Of a stretch of 64,000 bases of DNA, positions 12,807 through 26,439 are shown one piece after another. The notes under the pieces are model-generated. The model was not told the DNA's origin and made no database searches. It saw only the letters and a list, made by a program, of their open reading frames with translations. How positions within the stretch are numbered: the first letter of the stretch is position 1; each line of letters opens with the position of its first letter. Made by a program: the position numbers and the translations under genes. The DNA is from Trichoplax adhaerens (Eukaryota > Animalia > Placozoa): positions 6,679 to 70,678 of the forward strand of contig NW_002060950.1 in NCBI RefSeq assembly GCF_000150275.1, written 5' to 3'.

Positions 12807-15290
12807 TCATTTTTCGGAAGACTGTAAAAATCTAGAGATAGCTTGCAATAAACCTTCAGGATCAGGCTCCCTAGCGTGACAGTCAACGTTGTAGCCGTGA
12901 TCAGTTATTGACTTGGCGGTTGTAGGTCCTATTGCGGCAAACTTCGTTGTACAATACGCGCAATAATACTTTTATTTAGCGAATTTTAATTTGTTTGCTA
13001 ACTAAAATAGCTTAACGGAATGTTAAGCCAGCAAATTAAAGAAAATATAGTGTACATCTTACATGGCATCGTGGAGGAATCATCTGAATCTCCTTTAAAA
13101 TATTAATACACGCCATAAAAACGGAAGGACTAAAAAATATTATACATCTAGGGATGCCCTATATTGTAATTAAGAAATCGATGAAAAGTTACATAAGTTA
13201 GAACATTATTGTCTACGCTACTGAAAACCTATTAAAACATTAATTATATACATAAGTGAACGGTAAAAAATTTCAAAAATTATAATGAATAATTCACCTG
13301 CAGTGATATAAATTGCCGGATTGCCTTCTCCAAGTCATTTCTAGGTACCGACTTGTAAACGTCTATAACTACATAACGAATTTCTATTGCGATAAAATAG
13401 CAAGATTTACCATTAACTGCAGAACTTAAGAAGCTAGTAATAAATATTCATAAATTCCTCTGCTCTTCATCATTACTACAACCACAATGCAGGATGACAT
13501 GCAAAGCAGTAAAGTAAATGTTCATGTGCTTCATTATCTTATTTTTTGGCTAATTAGGAGTTCTGATTACTGACATCATATATGTACAAGACATATGTAA
13601 ATAATATAATTATTGAAGTATTTACTGTCTACGGTTACATATTGTAGATGTGAATCATGTCATAGTATAGTAGATGTATTAAACGAACGATTTATCTTTA
13701 AAGCCAGAGAAATATTCTGCATTCTGTTTTCTGCACCGGGAAATAACAATGGTTTCCTTTCATCTCTTGTCCTGAAATCTGATAGATCGTTTAACAGCTA
13801 CGTTTCGTATTTTAAATATTCGTAAACAAGTCTGCTTGATTATAATTATCTTTATACATACATTCAGTAATTACCATGGCGAGACTTTCAGAATTCTTAC
13901 AGTAGTTGCTAACACACTTAAACCCTAGTTCGGAAGCTGTATGACCAAACGAGAAATAAATATTGTGCATGTTTACTATCAGATTCAGGCAAGTAATTCT
14001 ATGTTTCAATTACTTGGTTATACGCACCAATATTAATGGGCAAAGAATACATACAATATCATTGATTTTAGAATCAAGAATTAAGCCCTGCATTATTCAG
14101 TAATTGTGTTCTACTTTAGATATCATACAAACACCACCATTTCATTATCTTATCGATAAATACGATATAAGTCCTACAGTACAGTAACTGTTAATTTCTT
14201 CTATATCCACTGTCGTAATCCACATTATTTAAACAGTTATGCATTGTCTATCTGCTAAATTACAGCAGTCAAGACAAGTAGCAATCTAGGCAACTAAACA
14301 GTCCAAAGAAATAATAAAAAGAACTAGATACATCAAAGGACCTCTCTGTTGAGTCGCATAACCAATGCAGAATGCTGGTAGCTTGCTCCATTCTTGCACT
14401 AAAGCATGGCTTAATGTTGGATTATTCTGTACACAGCGTTCTAAAGCGCTTAAACTTCTCTGGCTGGTAAAAATAATTCCTACAAGCAGGAAAATAATCA
14501 GAAAGCCATCATCATCTAAAAAGAAATACAGTTGAATTAATGAAATTTACTTTTTTGGGTTTAGATCGTGATATTTCGCGTGTATGTCTACTGAGTAGAA
14601 CACAGTATCGTTAAAAAGCTAGTTAAATGAAGCCTATTCATCTTGAGTTGAAATGAACGATATACCAGTACAACTAAATTTATTCTATTCGATATTGTAT
14701 GTTACAACATTTCACTTATCAAATTTAAGATTAGGCTGTGACTGGCTAAACTTTGCTGTAATACTTTGACTAAGTACAGTAATATTAGGGGCTACTCAAA
14801 TAGTCCTAGTAATCCTGACTACTTGCAAAACGATTATTCACTATAATATACGCGTATACCAGTTATAATAATTATTAGGGATTATTTATCAATCAACAAC
14901 ATAAATGATTTACCACAAAATCGGACTGAATTGATCAGATAGTCTTTAAGGATTTCTAAGTTTATAAAACAAAACTGCAGCGCTGGCAAGATATGCGAAT
15001 TGATTTTAGCATCTTTAAAGCACTACATAGAAAAAAGAATTGTATATGTACACAGATTAATTATAATTATAATAATTATAAATTACTATATACGTTAGAC
15101 ATTTTGCATAGCTATACTGTACCGCATCAGTAGATGTGGCACATTTTACTGATTTCGTAGCGATATTGAACTCAGTTATCAGTTTTATTGGTCGTAAACA
15201 TGAATGAATGACCTGTAAATATTTGTCATGTTGATTATCACATTCTGTCGCGCGCAGTATAAGAATTTCAGCAGAATTTGCATTGGACAT
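12807..15290 (-). CDS. UROS: Uroporphyrinogen-III synthase (HemD family), about 8 exons
   Basis: Spliced peptides: ILILRATECDNQHDKYLQ, GIIFTSQRSLSAL, AFCIGYAT, PLLFPGAE, GIPRCIIFFSPS and FAAIGPTTAKSI...PDPEGLLQAI. TGA at 12807-12809. Confidence 0.93.
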
Positions 15291-15354
15291 CTAGATTCGC
15301 TGCTGCCTGGAAGAAGCACAGGTCGCGCACGTAATCACAGACCACTGGAAATAC

Positions 15355-15840
15355 CCGTACAGTATACAGTACAGTACTGTACTGTACCAGAGCGTAACTA
15401 GTCCTTTCATGCATTAATTACCTGAATTAATTAGTGATTCCGTTCCGATTCCGTACCTTTCCTTAAAATACAGTGAATACTGTACAGTGTACACTGTACT
15501 GTATTCGGTACAGTACCGTACAGTACAGTATAGTAGTCTTGATACTCATGCAGACTACGTAAATACTGTACTGTATGATACCGTACCCTTTTCAATACCG
15601 CCTATCCCCCTGGTCAGTGTGTGTGTGTGGTACAGTGAGAGTGGTGGTCATGGACTCATGGTGGTGAACACTGGTGGTGGTGGTGGTAACGTACAGTACA
15701 GTGCAGTACTGTAGCCCTGTCGGTTCATGTACTGTACAGTACTGTACTGTACTGTACAGTATACTGTAGGTTCTACGGTGCATTGTACTGTAGAATCTAC
15801 AGATGTTGTACTGTAAGATGTACTGTACAGTGTACAGCGT
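15355..15840. repeat. TACTGTAC/GTACAGTA cluster with embedded (GT)n and (GGT)n tracts upstream of UROS
   Basis: Directly visible low-complexity sequence starting about 65 bp upstream of the UROS ATG. Confidence 0.85.
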
Positions 15841-16481
15841 GATCGTTTTCGTTTTAGATAATTCCCTTCCCTAATAGATAATTTAACACTAATTTGAGAT
15901 TAAAGATTTTTTCAAATGTACTTTAATGACCAGTGTGTCAAATTGTTAAGCTAATAAGTAAAGCCTGCACCTGTAATTGACATATACTGGATTTAGACAG
16001 GTTCATGTTTGAGACATTATGCATGAGTTGGTATGCCCTGATTAATATTCTTGTTATAACTTGTTTTTCTACTTCTGAAATTATCTACCAGATTATAAAT
16101 ATATATGTGTTGGATTCAGCATGTGTGTTCTAACTGAGAGTATTGTCTAATAAGGAACATTTTAATACATGCGTGAGAGCGTATTCATGGAGGACGACGT
16201 TAAAGAGCGGTATCATCGATCATTGATTCTAGTAACTATACATTTCTCTATTTTTGATGTGTTTGCTGTTTGTCAGCAAATCGGTAGAATGCTATATAAA
16301 CTCTAAGACTGCTTTCATCGTGTTCTCTCTTTTTCTCTTGTACTCCTCCCTGTAATAGTGATTACTCTCCATTGCGCATATAGCCTCGTTCATCATACAA
16401 GATTAAACTTTTTCCTAACAAATATAACTTTACTCTAACTCACTGTGTTGTAATCTATGTCTACTTAACCTTTCGTGAGCT

Positions 16482-17116
16482 CACTATCACAATAACTAAC
16501 CATGATACAGCTTCATCGATTGATATTAATTATATGACCAACTAAACTATAATTATGTTTAGTTATAATCACTAATATGAATTTGATGCGTACACCAACG
16601 ATTTTAACTAACCTGATAAAACTTGATCAAACGAATAAGTAAATGATTGGTCAAGCAATACTAGTACATCATAGTTGTAATCATTAGTGTGAAATATCAT
16701 GCATGCACTAATGATTATTGTTATGATACACCTGGATTAATTCACACGAATAATTATACAATCGATAAATCTATGCCATGGTTAGTTATGATTAATGAGA
16801 ATTTTGATATATCCACTTGCACTAATGATCACAATTACAATTAACATAATATAACTTGATTGACTCACATTAATAATTATAATTATATGATTCATCGAGC
16901 TACATCAGGGTTAACTATAATCATTAGTATAAATTCTGGTACATGCACTAATGGTTATGGCTAATCATGATATAATTCGTTAATATTCTATCAGATATAT
17001 GATTGATTGAGCTATATCATGGTAAGTTGTAATCATCAGTGTAAATTTCATGAATGGGCTAATGATTATATTTAACCATGATACTGCTCGATCGACTCAC
17101 ACTAATTATATGATTG
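16482..17116. repeat. Degenerate tandem array (~5.5 units of ~110-130 bp), each unit an imperfect palindrome
   Basis: Units restart at about 16531, 16640, 16754, 16884, 16997 and 17107. Consensus is approximately GATCGAGCTATATCATGGTTAGTTATAATCATTAGTG-(loop)-CACTAATGATTATAACTAACCATGATATAGCTCGATC. Confidence 0.8.
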
Positions 17117-17671
17117 TAATGCGGCAAACTACATCTTAAACTATAAGATTTTACTAAATCACAACAATAAAGTTAGACCGACGAAAACTTAAAAATCTGC
17201 TTTTATTACAATAATTAAAAGGGCCCGTGTAAGCTAGTCTATAATAGCAGAACAGTAAAACACGCGATACTATCTCTAAACTCCCACGATTTCTATCTCT
17301 AAATCTAATCAAAAAGGTTCTTCTTATATATGCTCAATGTTTACGTCGAGCCTAGCAAATAATTTCACCTGGACCAGCAGGTCATTTCTATATAAATCAT
17401 TTATTTAAATCCTCTATTGTCCCTTAACGATCAATTTACCAATTAACAAGTTTCTTATTATCTATCAACTTATCTCATAACACCATTATAATCTAGAATC
17501 ACGTTTTAGGCGCCAATGGATTTTACATTAGCTCCTAATTCAAAATCCCACATTTATCGAGTTTATATGCTCGATAGTAGCTAAGAATAAACCATAACAA
17601 TAGGAACGATAGGCGTGAGAACGCGAGGCACCCTAATCTGGTACACTACTTTCCAATTAACCACAGTTCCC

Positions 17672-17772
17672 TACAATGATCGATCGAGCTATATCATGGG
17701 TTATATATAATCATTAATTTAAATTTTGATACATGCCATATGATTTTAACCAACCATGATATGTTTCGATTA
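17672..17772. repeat. Solo copy of the ~113-bp palindromic unit
   Basis: GATCGATCGAGCTATATCATGGGTTATATATAATCATTAAT...ATGATTTTAACCAACCATGATATGTTTCGAT matches the array consensus. Confidence 0.75.
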
Positions 17773-17779
17773 ATAAACC

Positions 17780-20700
17780 ATAGCGACATAGCCGTTAAAG
17801 TACTAGTATAGTTTATTTATGGTATGACTCGGCATCCCAAATTTTTATTCTGTGGTATTATAAGCGTATTTCACTATTTCATAACGCAATAAGTTAGAAT
17901 TGGAATGAACGGACTGTTTTTCTATTATGATATCCTTCAGTTTTTATGTTAGACTGTCGTCTAGCCCATAACTGATAAGATAAGATTCAACAATACGTGT
18001 AGGTCTCATCAACATAATTTTGTCTGGGAAAATGTTTTTATAAAAACGGCTCTATACAGCACAGTATTGGCTATACCCTGTATTAGTAGTTGACATTAGT
18101 AGATCTGGATGTTCCTAAAAGCTCCATGGAAAGCAATAAAATGCATCCGTACGTACGAAATTTAACTTAAATTATAATATAGAGGTTTATTGAAGCCGCT
18201 AAGCTGTGATTCTGTAAGATCATCGTTAAATTTCTAATAGAAATAAACAATTTCCAGTGTAGTGTCCAAATGGTGTTACCCAAAACTTAAATTGGACGAT
18301 CACTTTACGTTCTTGTTAACTATAGTCCACAGCGCACTAAAATTAAGTACAAATCAAGTTGAACAACTGAATATATTATATAAATGTGTAAAATATTTTC
18401 GTCCGATGCCGTACTGTACCGTATTCCAATTACAGACGATAAATACGATCAAGATATCTCATCTCTTAGATATTGCAAACATATAAATAAGATAAAATTA
18501 ATACGTCAATAAAAATTCCGTTATCAATGATACCGCTAATTTTTAGGATGATACTCTCGGTAATACATTTATAGATACTGATTTTATCTTGAACGTCCAC
18601 TTAACAAAAATTTATTGAGATAAAGTTATGGCCTATCAAATGATTAAGACATCGATTTACTTGATAAATAATGCAGATTACTAAATTACGTCTTGTTATG
18701 CATTAAAATAAATTCAATATTCAGCTCGCCTAATTGATCAGGAATTCGTAGATACAGGTTTACGTCGTATAATACCGTTGTATGTTCAAGTGAGCAGGAT
18801 TGGCTATTGCCCGTTTATGGTATTGTATTCTAAAGCTATTTTCTAATAACTCATAAAAGAGTAATTTTATAATTCTTTTTAAATTAAAAGATTATTGTTA
18901 TTCCTAAATTAAGCTATCAACAATTGATAGCTAGGATCATGCAGGGAATACGGACACAAAGAATGATATCGCAGAAGCAGACATAATAATTGCTAAATTC
19001 CAGACCTATAAGGTGCAGATTGGTTGCTATACAACCTTTAATATGTGACGAGAACGTTTAATATGAAAGTACTAATAATAGCAGCGTTAGACGTATAGTC
19101 CTATCAATTTATGTTGACGCTTAACTTTAAAGCGGTCTTATCTAAAATATGCTGTTTTGGAACGCGATACACAGGCGCATGCATAAGTATATAATTAGAT
19201 GTACAGATTTTAAAATTTGTATTTTCTGATTTCAGAAGCATCAAGCTGGTCTCGCTTTAAGTTCACCAAAATAGTATCAAGTGGTATCTAAAATTTTTCT
19301 TTGTATGTAGGTAGCGTAGATCATACTATTTCTCACTGACGTTAGATATTTTAATATTTGTAGACCCTAGTTATATGTAGGTGCTTAACTTTATATTCAC
19401 AAAATCAAATAAACATGCTATAAAGTGAAAAATTAAGTTATCTTATTTGATACCTCAAACTGTAAGACTTATTGCGTAATTCATCTTTCGGTGTGGCTTT
19501 TTAATACGATTGGTACCACCTGATTTTAATACTTTTCTTAAAACAAGGTTCATTTTAATTGCAGCAAATTCTGGTAAGTTTTAAATTTCAATATTTGTTT
19601 CATTAACATCCCATCATATATTTCAAATACATCTTACGGTATAACTTAAGACCCAATTCTGTTAATAGCACAAGCAGAAGTAGATTATACTTCTTGAATT
19701 AATATCTGATTTAGCATCAAATTGAAGTAAGTTTTATGCGGACTCATAAGGTCATAGTTACTAAAGTAATACAGTAAAAAAAATCTTTGATATATTAAGT
19801 GCTTTTATTCATATCGAACTTATTCGCACCGATAATTCCATCTCCTTAATTTTACAAAGGGTCTCTCAACCTGTTTTCATTAGCGATTATTCATCGCCTT
19901 TAAGAAGTGCCGTGTCGTTCGTCTTCAATAATATTGAATTGAAGATATTGCTATATTACACAGGATAAGCTTGTAGCTAGGAGGTGCGATCAAAAATTGT
20001 AATACTAGGTTTCTCTAGATTTTAAGTTCTTTCCTTACTGTAGCTAGACATAACATGTTTTATCCTTATTCTAATGAGAATGACAAAAAACGCTCGGCAA
20101 TAGCATCCCTATTATATGTTATTTTCTATATCGACAAGGTATGCACTATATTTTATGAAACATATAAACGTTTAACTCTAGTTTATGACAACAAGTTAAA
20201 GTAGGATTCCTGAAAGCGATACTTAGACTATGAGTAGCTATAGCTAATTACTTTGACAAATATATCTATGTAGATACGAGCATTTTACTATTGCTAGCGC
20301 CTCGATGCCTTAGGGCATTACATGAAATTCAATATACTGTATTGATATTTGCTCGTAAGTTATTTGATTGCTTAAGAACTGATTTCGTCCACAAGTGCTA
20401 GAGTAAACGATTTCAAGATTTAATATTTGATTTGTAGTTTGTGAATTCTGTTTTCTATTTTCAAGTGCTACTACAAGAATCTCTAAGTCATCAATAATAT
20501 TTTACTAAAAATGTTATATTGAAATAAATATTTTTCTAGTCGGTAATATTATAATGCCTCTAATTAATATAATTACGGCATAATAAATTAAAATAAATTA
20601 ATCGCTGCACTACTAGTCATCTTTAGTAAATTTACAACGTGTTGCAAAATAACTCGCACCGTAACGGTAACCTTTTGAAAGAAGTATTTAGCGCTATGTT

Positions 20701-23700
20701 CGGGCAACATCTAGATATTTGACGTAAAATTATTCAAAATTTTAAGCCAATCACGCTTCAAGATTTGTATATATCGTTCTGTCAGATGGTGAAACTAAAA
20801 TCTCTTTTTTTACATTACATATTATCAGTTTTAGCTATTTTTGAATCAAGATTGTTAAGAAATGTTGCTCTATATTCGTTTATAAAATCGATTGGTTAGT
20901 TTAATTGTAATTAATACGAATTATTGCTATCTCTTGTTGTAGCTATATTCTCTGCGATATGTCTTCAAATCTGAGAGTATTGGAACATATCAGACAGCAC
21001 TTCCTATTTGGTGTTTCCAAAGAAATAACTACCAATGATACAGCACTATCAACTAGTGAAGATGTGGTCCGTTATTACTTATGGCTTAGATAGCAGTTAC
21101 AATCTTCGTATCAACTGAGTAAAGAATCAAAACATCAGATAATTGAGCAACTGTGTAATAAACTAATGGTAATTTGGCAAAACGCAAATATTCTAATTAT
21201 GACAACAATAAGAATACGTAGCGAGGTATTGAACTTAGTTAAGCGATTTCATGAAATTGATAAAATTCCTAAGTATCAAAGACAAGAAATTTATTTAAGA
21301 TCTAAACGTGAAGAATTCATGAAACTGTTTGACATATGCAAATATTCTTGTTATAAGGAGAAATTAAAAATTAAGATCGATCTAACACGAATTAATTTTT
21401 CCATATGCAATTGTAAGGCTAAGTTACAGGAAAATATCATCGTTTTATATATTGATCAGTTAACTGAAAGAAAAAAGATAATCTCGCAAGGTAATCCAGT
21501 TAGTGTTCTTGATATCAATGCCATCCACCGGTCTGTTCATATAGACAGCCCACAGTTATCACTTATAGATACTACTAATGAATCATTTCATGAAATTGAT
21601 GATCCAAATGATGAAACCTTTGAAGAACCTGCAGCGACAAGAAATAAATGTTCAGAGTCTTCTCGGGTAAGACAGAATCGTTATTAATATCCTACGCTCT
21701 GCATGAATATACAAAGGATGGGAATGCCAGTACGTGAAGCTTGCTTAGCTGTTAATTCTGCGTTATCAGATATGGGACTCTTATCACTTGGCAATATAAT
21801 TGATACCACCAAGCTACAAAGAGCCAAAAAAAGACATGGAAATGAATTGGCTTCGATTGCAATGAGCAACGAAATTAAATGTTTAATGTTTGATGGTCGT
21901 GAAGATAAAACATACTACAGAACTGATGCTAATGGCCTAAGATGCGTAAAGAAAAGCATATCGCTATAATTAGAGAACCTGATAGTGAGTATTTAGATCA
22001 TGCGACCGTAGTGAATGGTAGTGCCGCATAAATTACAAGTGCAATAATTGAGCTCATTGGTAGGTATTCTATGGAGTCTTTACGAGCCATAGGATGCGAT
22101 GGCACATCAGTAAATATAGGATCGATGAACGGAGTTATCCGTCGATTGGAGCTATACTTTAAGAAGCCACTACAGTGGATTGTGTGCCAGTTGCATTTCG
22201 TAGAATTGCCTTTTAAGCAGCTTTGTAAATTTTTAATGGAAACGAGCACTCGGCCAGCATCGTTCAGCGGAGACATCAGCAGCAAGTTAAATAGTGATTT
22301 ATCTAAACTGCCAATATGCAATTTTAATTCAATTTCAGGTCAAGTGGTTGAATTTCCAGAAGCAGTTGTAAAAAGCTTCAACTGTGATACAGCTTATCTA
22401 TACCATATGGCAATGTCAGTACAACGTGGAGCACCGATGCCTGAGAGGCTCAGCTTGCTAAACCCTGGAAAACTTCATGAAGCCAGATGGACAACGAGAG
22501 CTAGTAGGATACTGCGCCTTTATGTCTCATCTAAATGTCCATCACCATCGTTGATTAGGCTAGCTTATATTATAAATAATTTTTACGCTCCTGCCTTGTT
22601 TCAGATTATTAGTAATCAAATGTGTTTTCATGGAGCAAAAAATATACATTTCACTATTACGTTAGCGAATTTGTATTTATCAGAAAGTGAAAAAAAAGTT
22701 GTTTTTAGATCTATTTCAAATAACTCATATTTTATACATCACGAGATTATTTTATTAAGTGCTGTCGTTGATGATAATCTTAGCATTAGAAAAATTGCTA
22801 TAGAAATAATCTTATCTATCAGACAAAAATGTCGTGAAGTAGTTGATAATACTGATGAAGTTCGGCGATTTAGATTGCAAAATATATTAATTTCAAGGCA
22901 AAAGATTTTCTAAATTTAGTAAATATTCAGGACGCTGACACCGAATCACCACTTTTAATGGACTTTTCGGATCAAGAATTATCTGCTGCTATTCGTGCTG
23001 ATACCAGGCTAGAAATGCCCTCAATACCGGGGAACACAAGAGCTGTTAAGCGTACAATTAAACTTATATCTGAAGCTTGTAGTTACGTTGTTGGTTATCA
23101 AAATAGACGTAACTATATCTTAAATACTCTGAAATCGCGTTCTTTAATTCCCGGAATAGGATGGAAAAAAGATTTTTTTAAATGTATAGAATCATGATTT
23201 AATTGCTACAATTTTCTAACTAGCTGGCGACTATTGATGCTGCTATCGTACTCTATGTTTAATGTCCATACCTTAATCAAATTTGATATTATATGTTGAA
23301 TTAGCAACGTTTCAAATAAAAGTTCAGTTATATGATCACAAAATAAACGCCTATATATAATCGATTTTTGAAATAGCAAGGTAGCAGGATAACGACAAAA
23401 GAGAAGATCAATGCGGCTTTCCATTTACCTGAAATGGTCTTTCAATTCAATAAAGCTAAATATCGTTATCATCAGTCGAAGCAAATTGTAGTAATAGTAA
23501 AAATGATATTTAGTCAATAGATGCTGATGTAGGAATCTGAACTCCATAAATAATCAAATACAAAGCATCATTAAATAAAAATTGTTTATAGCATATTGTA
23601 TATTGCCTGGAGATAGCCAATTTTAGTCGCTTCCTTAGTATGATTTAGTCCATTCATTGATCTTTATCAATATACTTATAAATATGAAATATGCAAATTT

Positions 23701-23975
23701 CAATTATGAAAATATAATGTATATATAGTGTAATTAAATAGATTTTTATTCTATTCTCAATTCATGACATCAAACCATAATATAGCTAATATATTCGCAA
23801 TATTACAAATTACAATAGAAAAATAGTAACAAAAATATCATTTATTTCCTACTTATTACATTATAAAACGATGAAATACGTGCATAATGCCACAAAAGAA
23901 AAATTTTAGATACCGAATCATACAATAAATAAATGAACTATGCTAGTCTTATGGTACTTTAACAGCGATGTGTCT
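17780..23975 (+). mobile_element. Decayed cut-and-paste DNA transposon (~6.2 kb) with long imperfect TIRs; hAT-like/CxxH DDE group
   Basis: ~17786-17930 aligns with the reverse complement of ~23810-23972 (e.g. ACATAGCCGTTAAAGTAC vs ACATCGCTGTTAAAGTAC, and GGTATGACTCGGCATCCCAAATTTTT vs TGTATGATTCGGTATCTAAAATTTTT). The repeats enclose a transposase pseudogene. No TSD was resolved. Confidence 0.7.
20959..23197 (+). pseudogene. Intronless DDE transposase pseudogene (hATm-like family), disrupted
   Basis: Motifs LFDICK, LMFDGREDKT, IIREPDSEYLDH, AIGCDGTSVNIG..GVIRRLE..KPLQWIVCQLHFVELP (CxxH), PGKLHEARWTTRASRILRLY and NTRAVKRTIKLISEA. In-frame stops at 21091, 21685 and ~22028, frameshifts near 21950 and 22880. 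Confidence 0.85.
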
Positions 23976-26345
23976 GTGTGACACTAATTAATAGTAGCTC
24001 TGTTAACTTGGTTGTCATAATTATATTTGGTGTTTTATTTAATTATGCAACTTATCTTTTTATATATGTAATCAAACATATATAATCTGCACCTAAAAGG
24101 ATAAATAATTTAATAATTTCAAATATGCTTACTGTATTGTTATCACTTTTTCAAAACTAGTCGCAATTGATTTTCTGATTTACCCCTAAACTACGAGTTT
24201 AAAGGAAATTAATTTGATAATGTTTACTTATAGCTTAGATTTATTAGTAAATTCGTAATTCTTTATAAGATTTTCTTTTATATTCGAAGTAATGAAAGTA
24301 AAATATATCTTATGTATTAATACCCATGTTAAGTATTTTTAAATTCAAATGCTTATTTTAGACCTTTCTTTTAATATACCGCATTAAATAGTCGATTCTT
24401 GTCTGATTTAACCTTGTACTTATGGCATTCGATACTATATCGATGCTTGAAATTGAATTTATGTTATTCTATGGTAACATGTCTTTCGATCTTAAATCAT
24501 GCCGTATCTGATACACTTGCTCCATCATGTCAATTAATAAACTTTTGTTAACTTACTCTACAAAATAAATTAACGTAAGAGATTAGAATAATAAAATTTA
24601 CAATTGATGTTTGCTTCTATTCAGATACATATGATAACTATTAACCTATACTGTAGCTTAAGATGGCAGATGGTATTTATATTAACTAACAGTGTATCCT
24701 AAATCGATTAAGATAAACAGCTTACTTATCATGTAAATCGATTTATCCCCAAGATTTCACTAAAAATGTTTGATAGCTTAAAGCTTCTAGATTTATATAT
24801 AAATATATATATGTAGACGTATTTCTATGCAGCATAAGGTTTAGCAACATTTCAACAAGTAGCCCATGGTAGTGAAGAAAAATTTATAATTAGTAACATA
24901 CAAAGAGAAACAATTTTCTCCAATAGTATCTAGGCAATATATTTAATTCTTAGGCTTTTTATAAAAGATTCTGGCCACTTTATAGATTACCTGTAATACT
25001 TGCAATATCATTATAATTATAAGCCTAATATATATAATATATCTGTAGATAGCACAATTTATATCAATCTACAGAGCTATTTTATAAATATGTGCATAAT
25101 AGATGTTTAATAATTATATAATTATCAATCAATCAATACGGTTCATCCTAGTTAGCATTTACTAAATGTAATAATTTAATCCGCAGTATAGAAATATCAT
25201 TAACAAAGTCAACTGTAATTCTTTTAACGCTAAACAAAACGATATCAAGAGGCACTGACAAGATATCATTTAACAAAACTTTTACGAACATAGAACAGGA
25301 GAAATGTAAGTAATTTTGTAGTGATGTGAAGATTGCAATAAATTTCAATAATTCTAAGTAAGAAAATTATAGACATATACATAGCAATGTACAGTAATTG
25401 CTGTTTAAAGTGCTCTTTTTCACAATTTATATAATTAACTATCGGTTACGTATCTAATCATAACAAACGGATTAAAATTACGAGATAACTGCAGTAGCTT
25501 ATTATATTTTAGACGAGAATGTTAATTATTACGAAATATAAAATTATTTGCATAGGCAATATACGAATTTTGGGAGATTAAATTACGAAATTATGCACTT
25601 CTTATCATATATTTCGAACTTTTTAGTGTCATAGCATAGTATCATTGTAGATATACTGTCGTTACGAAAAATTACAATATTTTAATGGTTAATTTGGGTA
25701 AATACCAATATTTTTATTAATTTATATTAAGTAATTACTGTAGTTTTCGCTTTAATATGGCACATTATTAGCAGTGATTCCGTTACATTCGCCGAAAAAA
25801 TTTTAAACCCAAATAATCATAAAATATTTAGTCTTCATACTAATGTAGGGCTCATTGATTTATATAGTGCCTTAAAGATAATTTATATTCAGATCTCGAG
25901 TTACGTATATATATTTAGGAAATTAGTTAATTTCTGGTTCACAAGCTGCTATTACACTATTGAGTAATGCGGAAATCACTAGTATATTAAATGAATTCCA
26001 TATATATTACTATATCTTAGATACTTTTTGGGGCTTATGGCCTTCCGTAGTAAGATGTTGCATGACTAACGTGATAGTTCGAAATACAGACAGTACATAA
26101 GTCAGTATGTATTATTCTATAAGATAATCAGTTCAAAATAAAGAATCATTTTATTGTAAATTATAATTATCAAATTTATCTTTTAGAGTTCCGTATCCCA
26201 ATGACGAATATGGCCGTCACCTTTTTTGAGTTACCTAAATCCCGTGACGGTATTCCTATCATTATTTTCTATTTGTAAAATTCATATTAGCGGCTTTCGT
26301 CACTAAATGTGGTGTTTTAATTAATTCTTAATTCTTCCCTGTGCA

Positions 26346-26439
26346 TACTGTAGTTCCCCTGTCCCGGTTATTTTGATTGCTATATATCATATAACAAAAA
26401 GTGTTTCTAAGAGGATAATGTCAGTTAGTTTAGACTAGT
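26346..26439 (+). mobile_element. Fragment of the same dispersed Helitron-like repeat as 2744-2826
   Basis: About 83 bp near-identical to 2744-2826, followed by GACTAGT. Confidence 0.6.

Noticed and set aside
16187-16297. Short ORF MEDDVKERYHRSLIL… as a divergent partner of UROS
   Set aside because: Only 36 aa, no recognisable family and no supported downstream exons.
16482-17116. CRISPR array
   Set aside because: Eukaryotic context, degenerate ~113-bp units, linkers similar to each other rather than unique spacers, and no cas genes.
18100-20360. Possible spliced cargo gene or microexons inside the transposon's left arm (e.g. AG-GT bounded 18935-19011 DHAGNTDTKNDIAEADIIIAKFQTYK; 9-nt 19565-19573)
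   Set aside because: No coherent phase-compatible model or recognisable homology could be built. AG/GT pairs are frequent in AT-rich DNA, so RNA-seq is needed.
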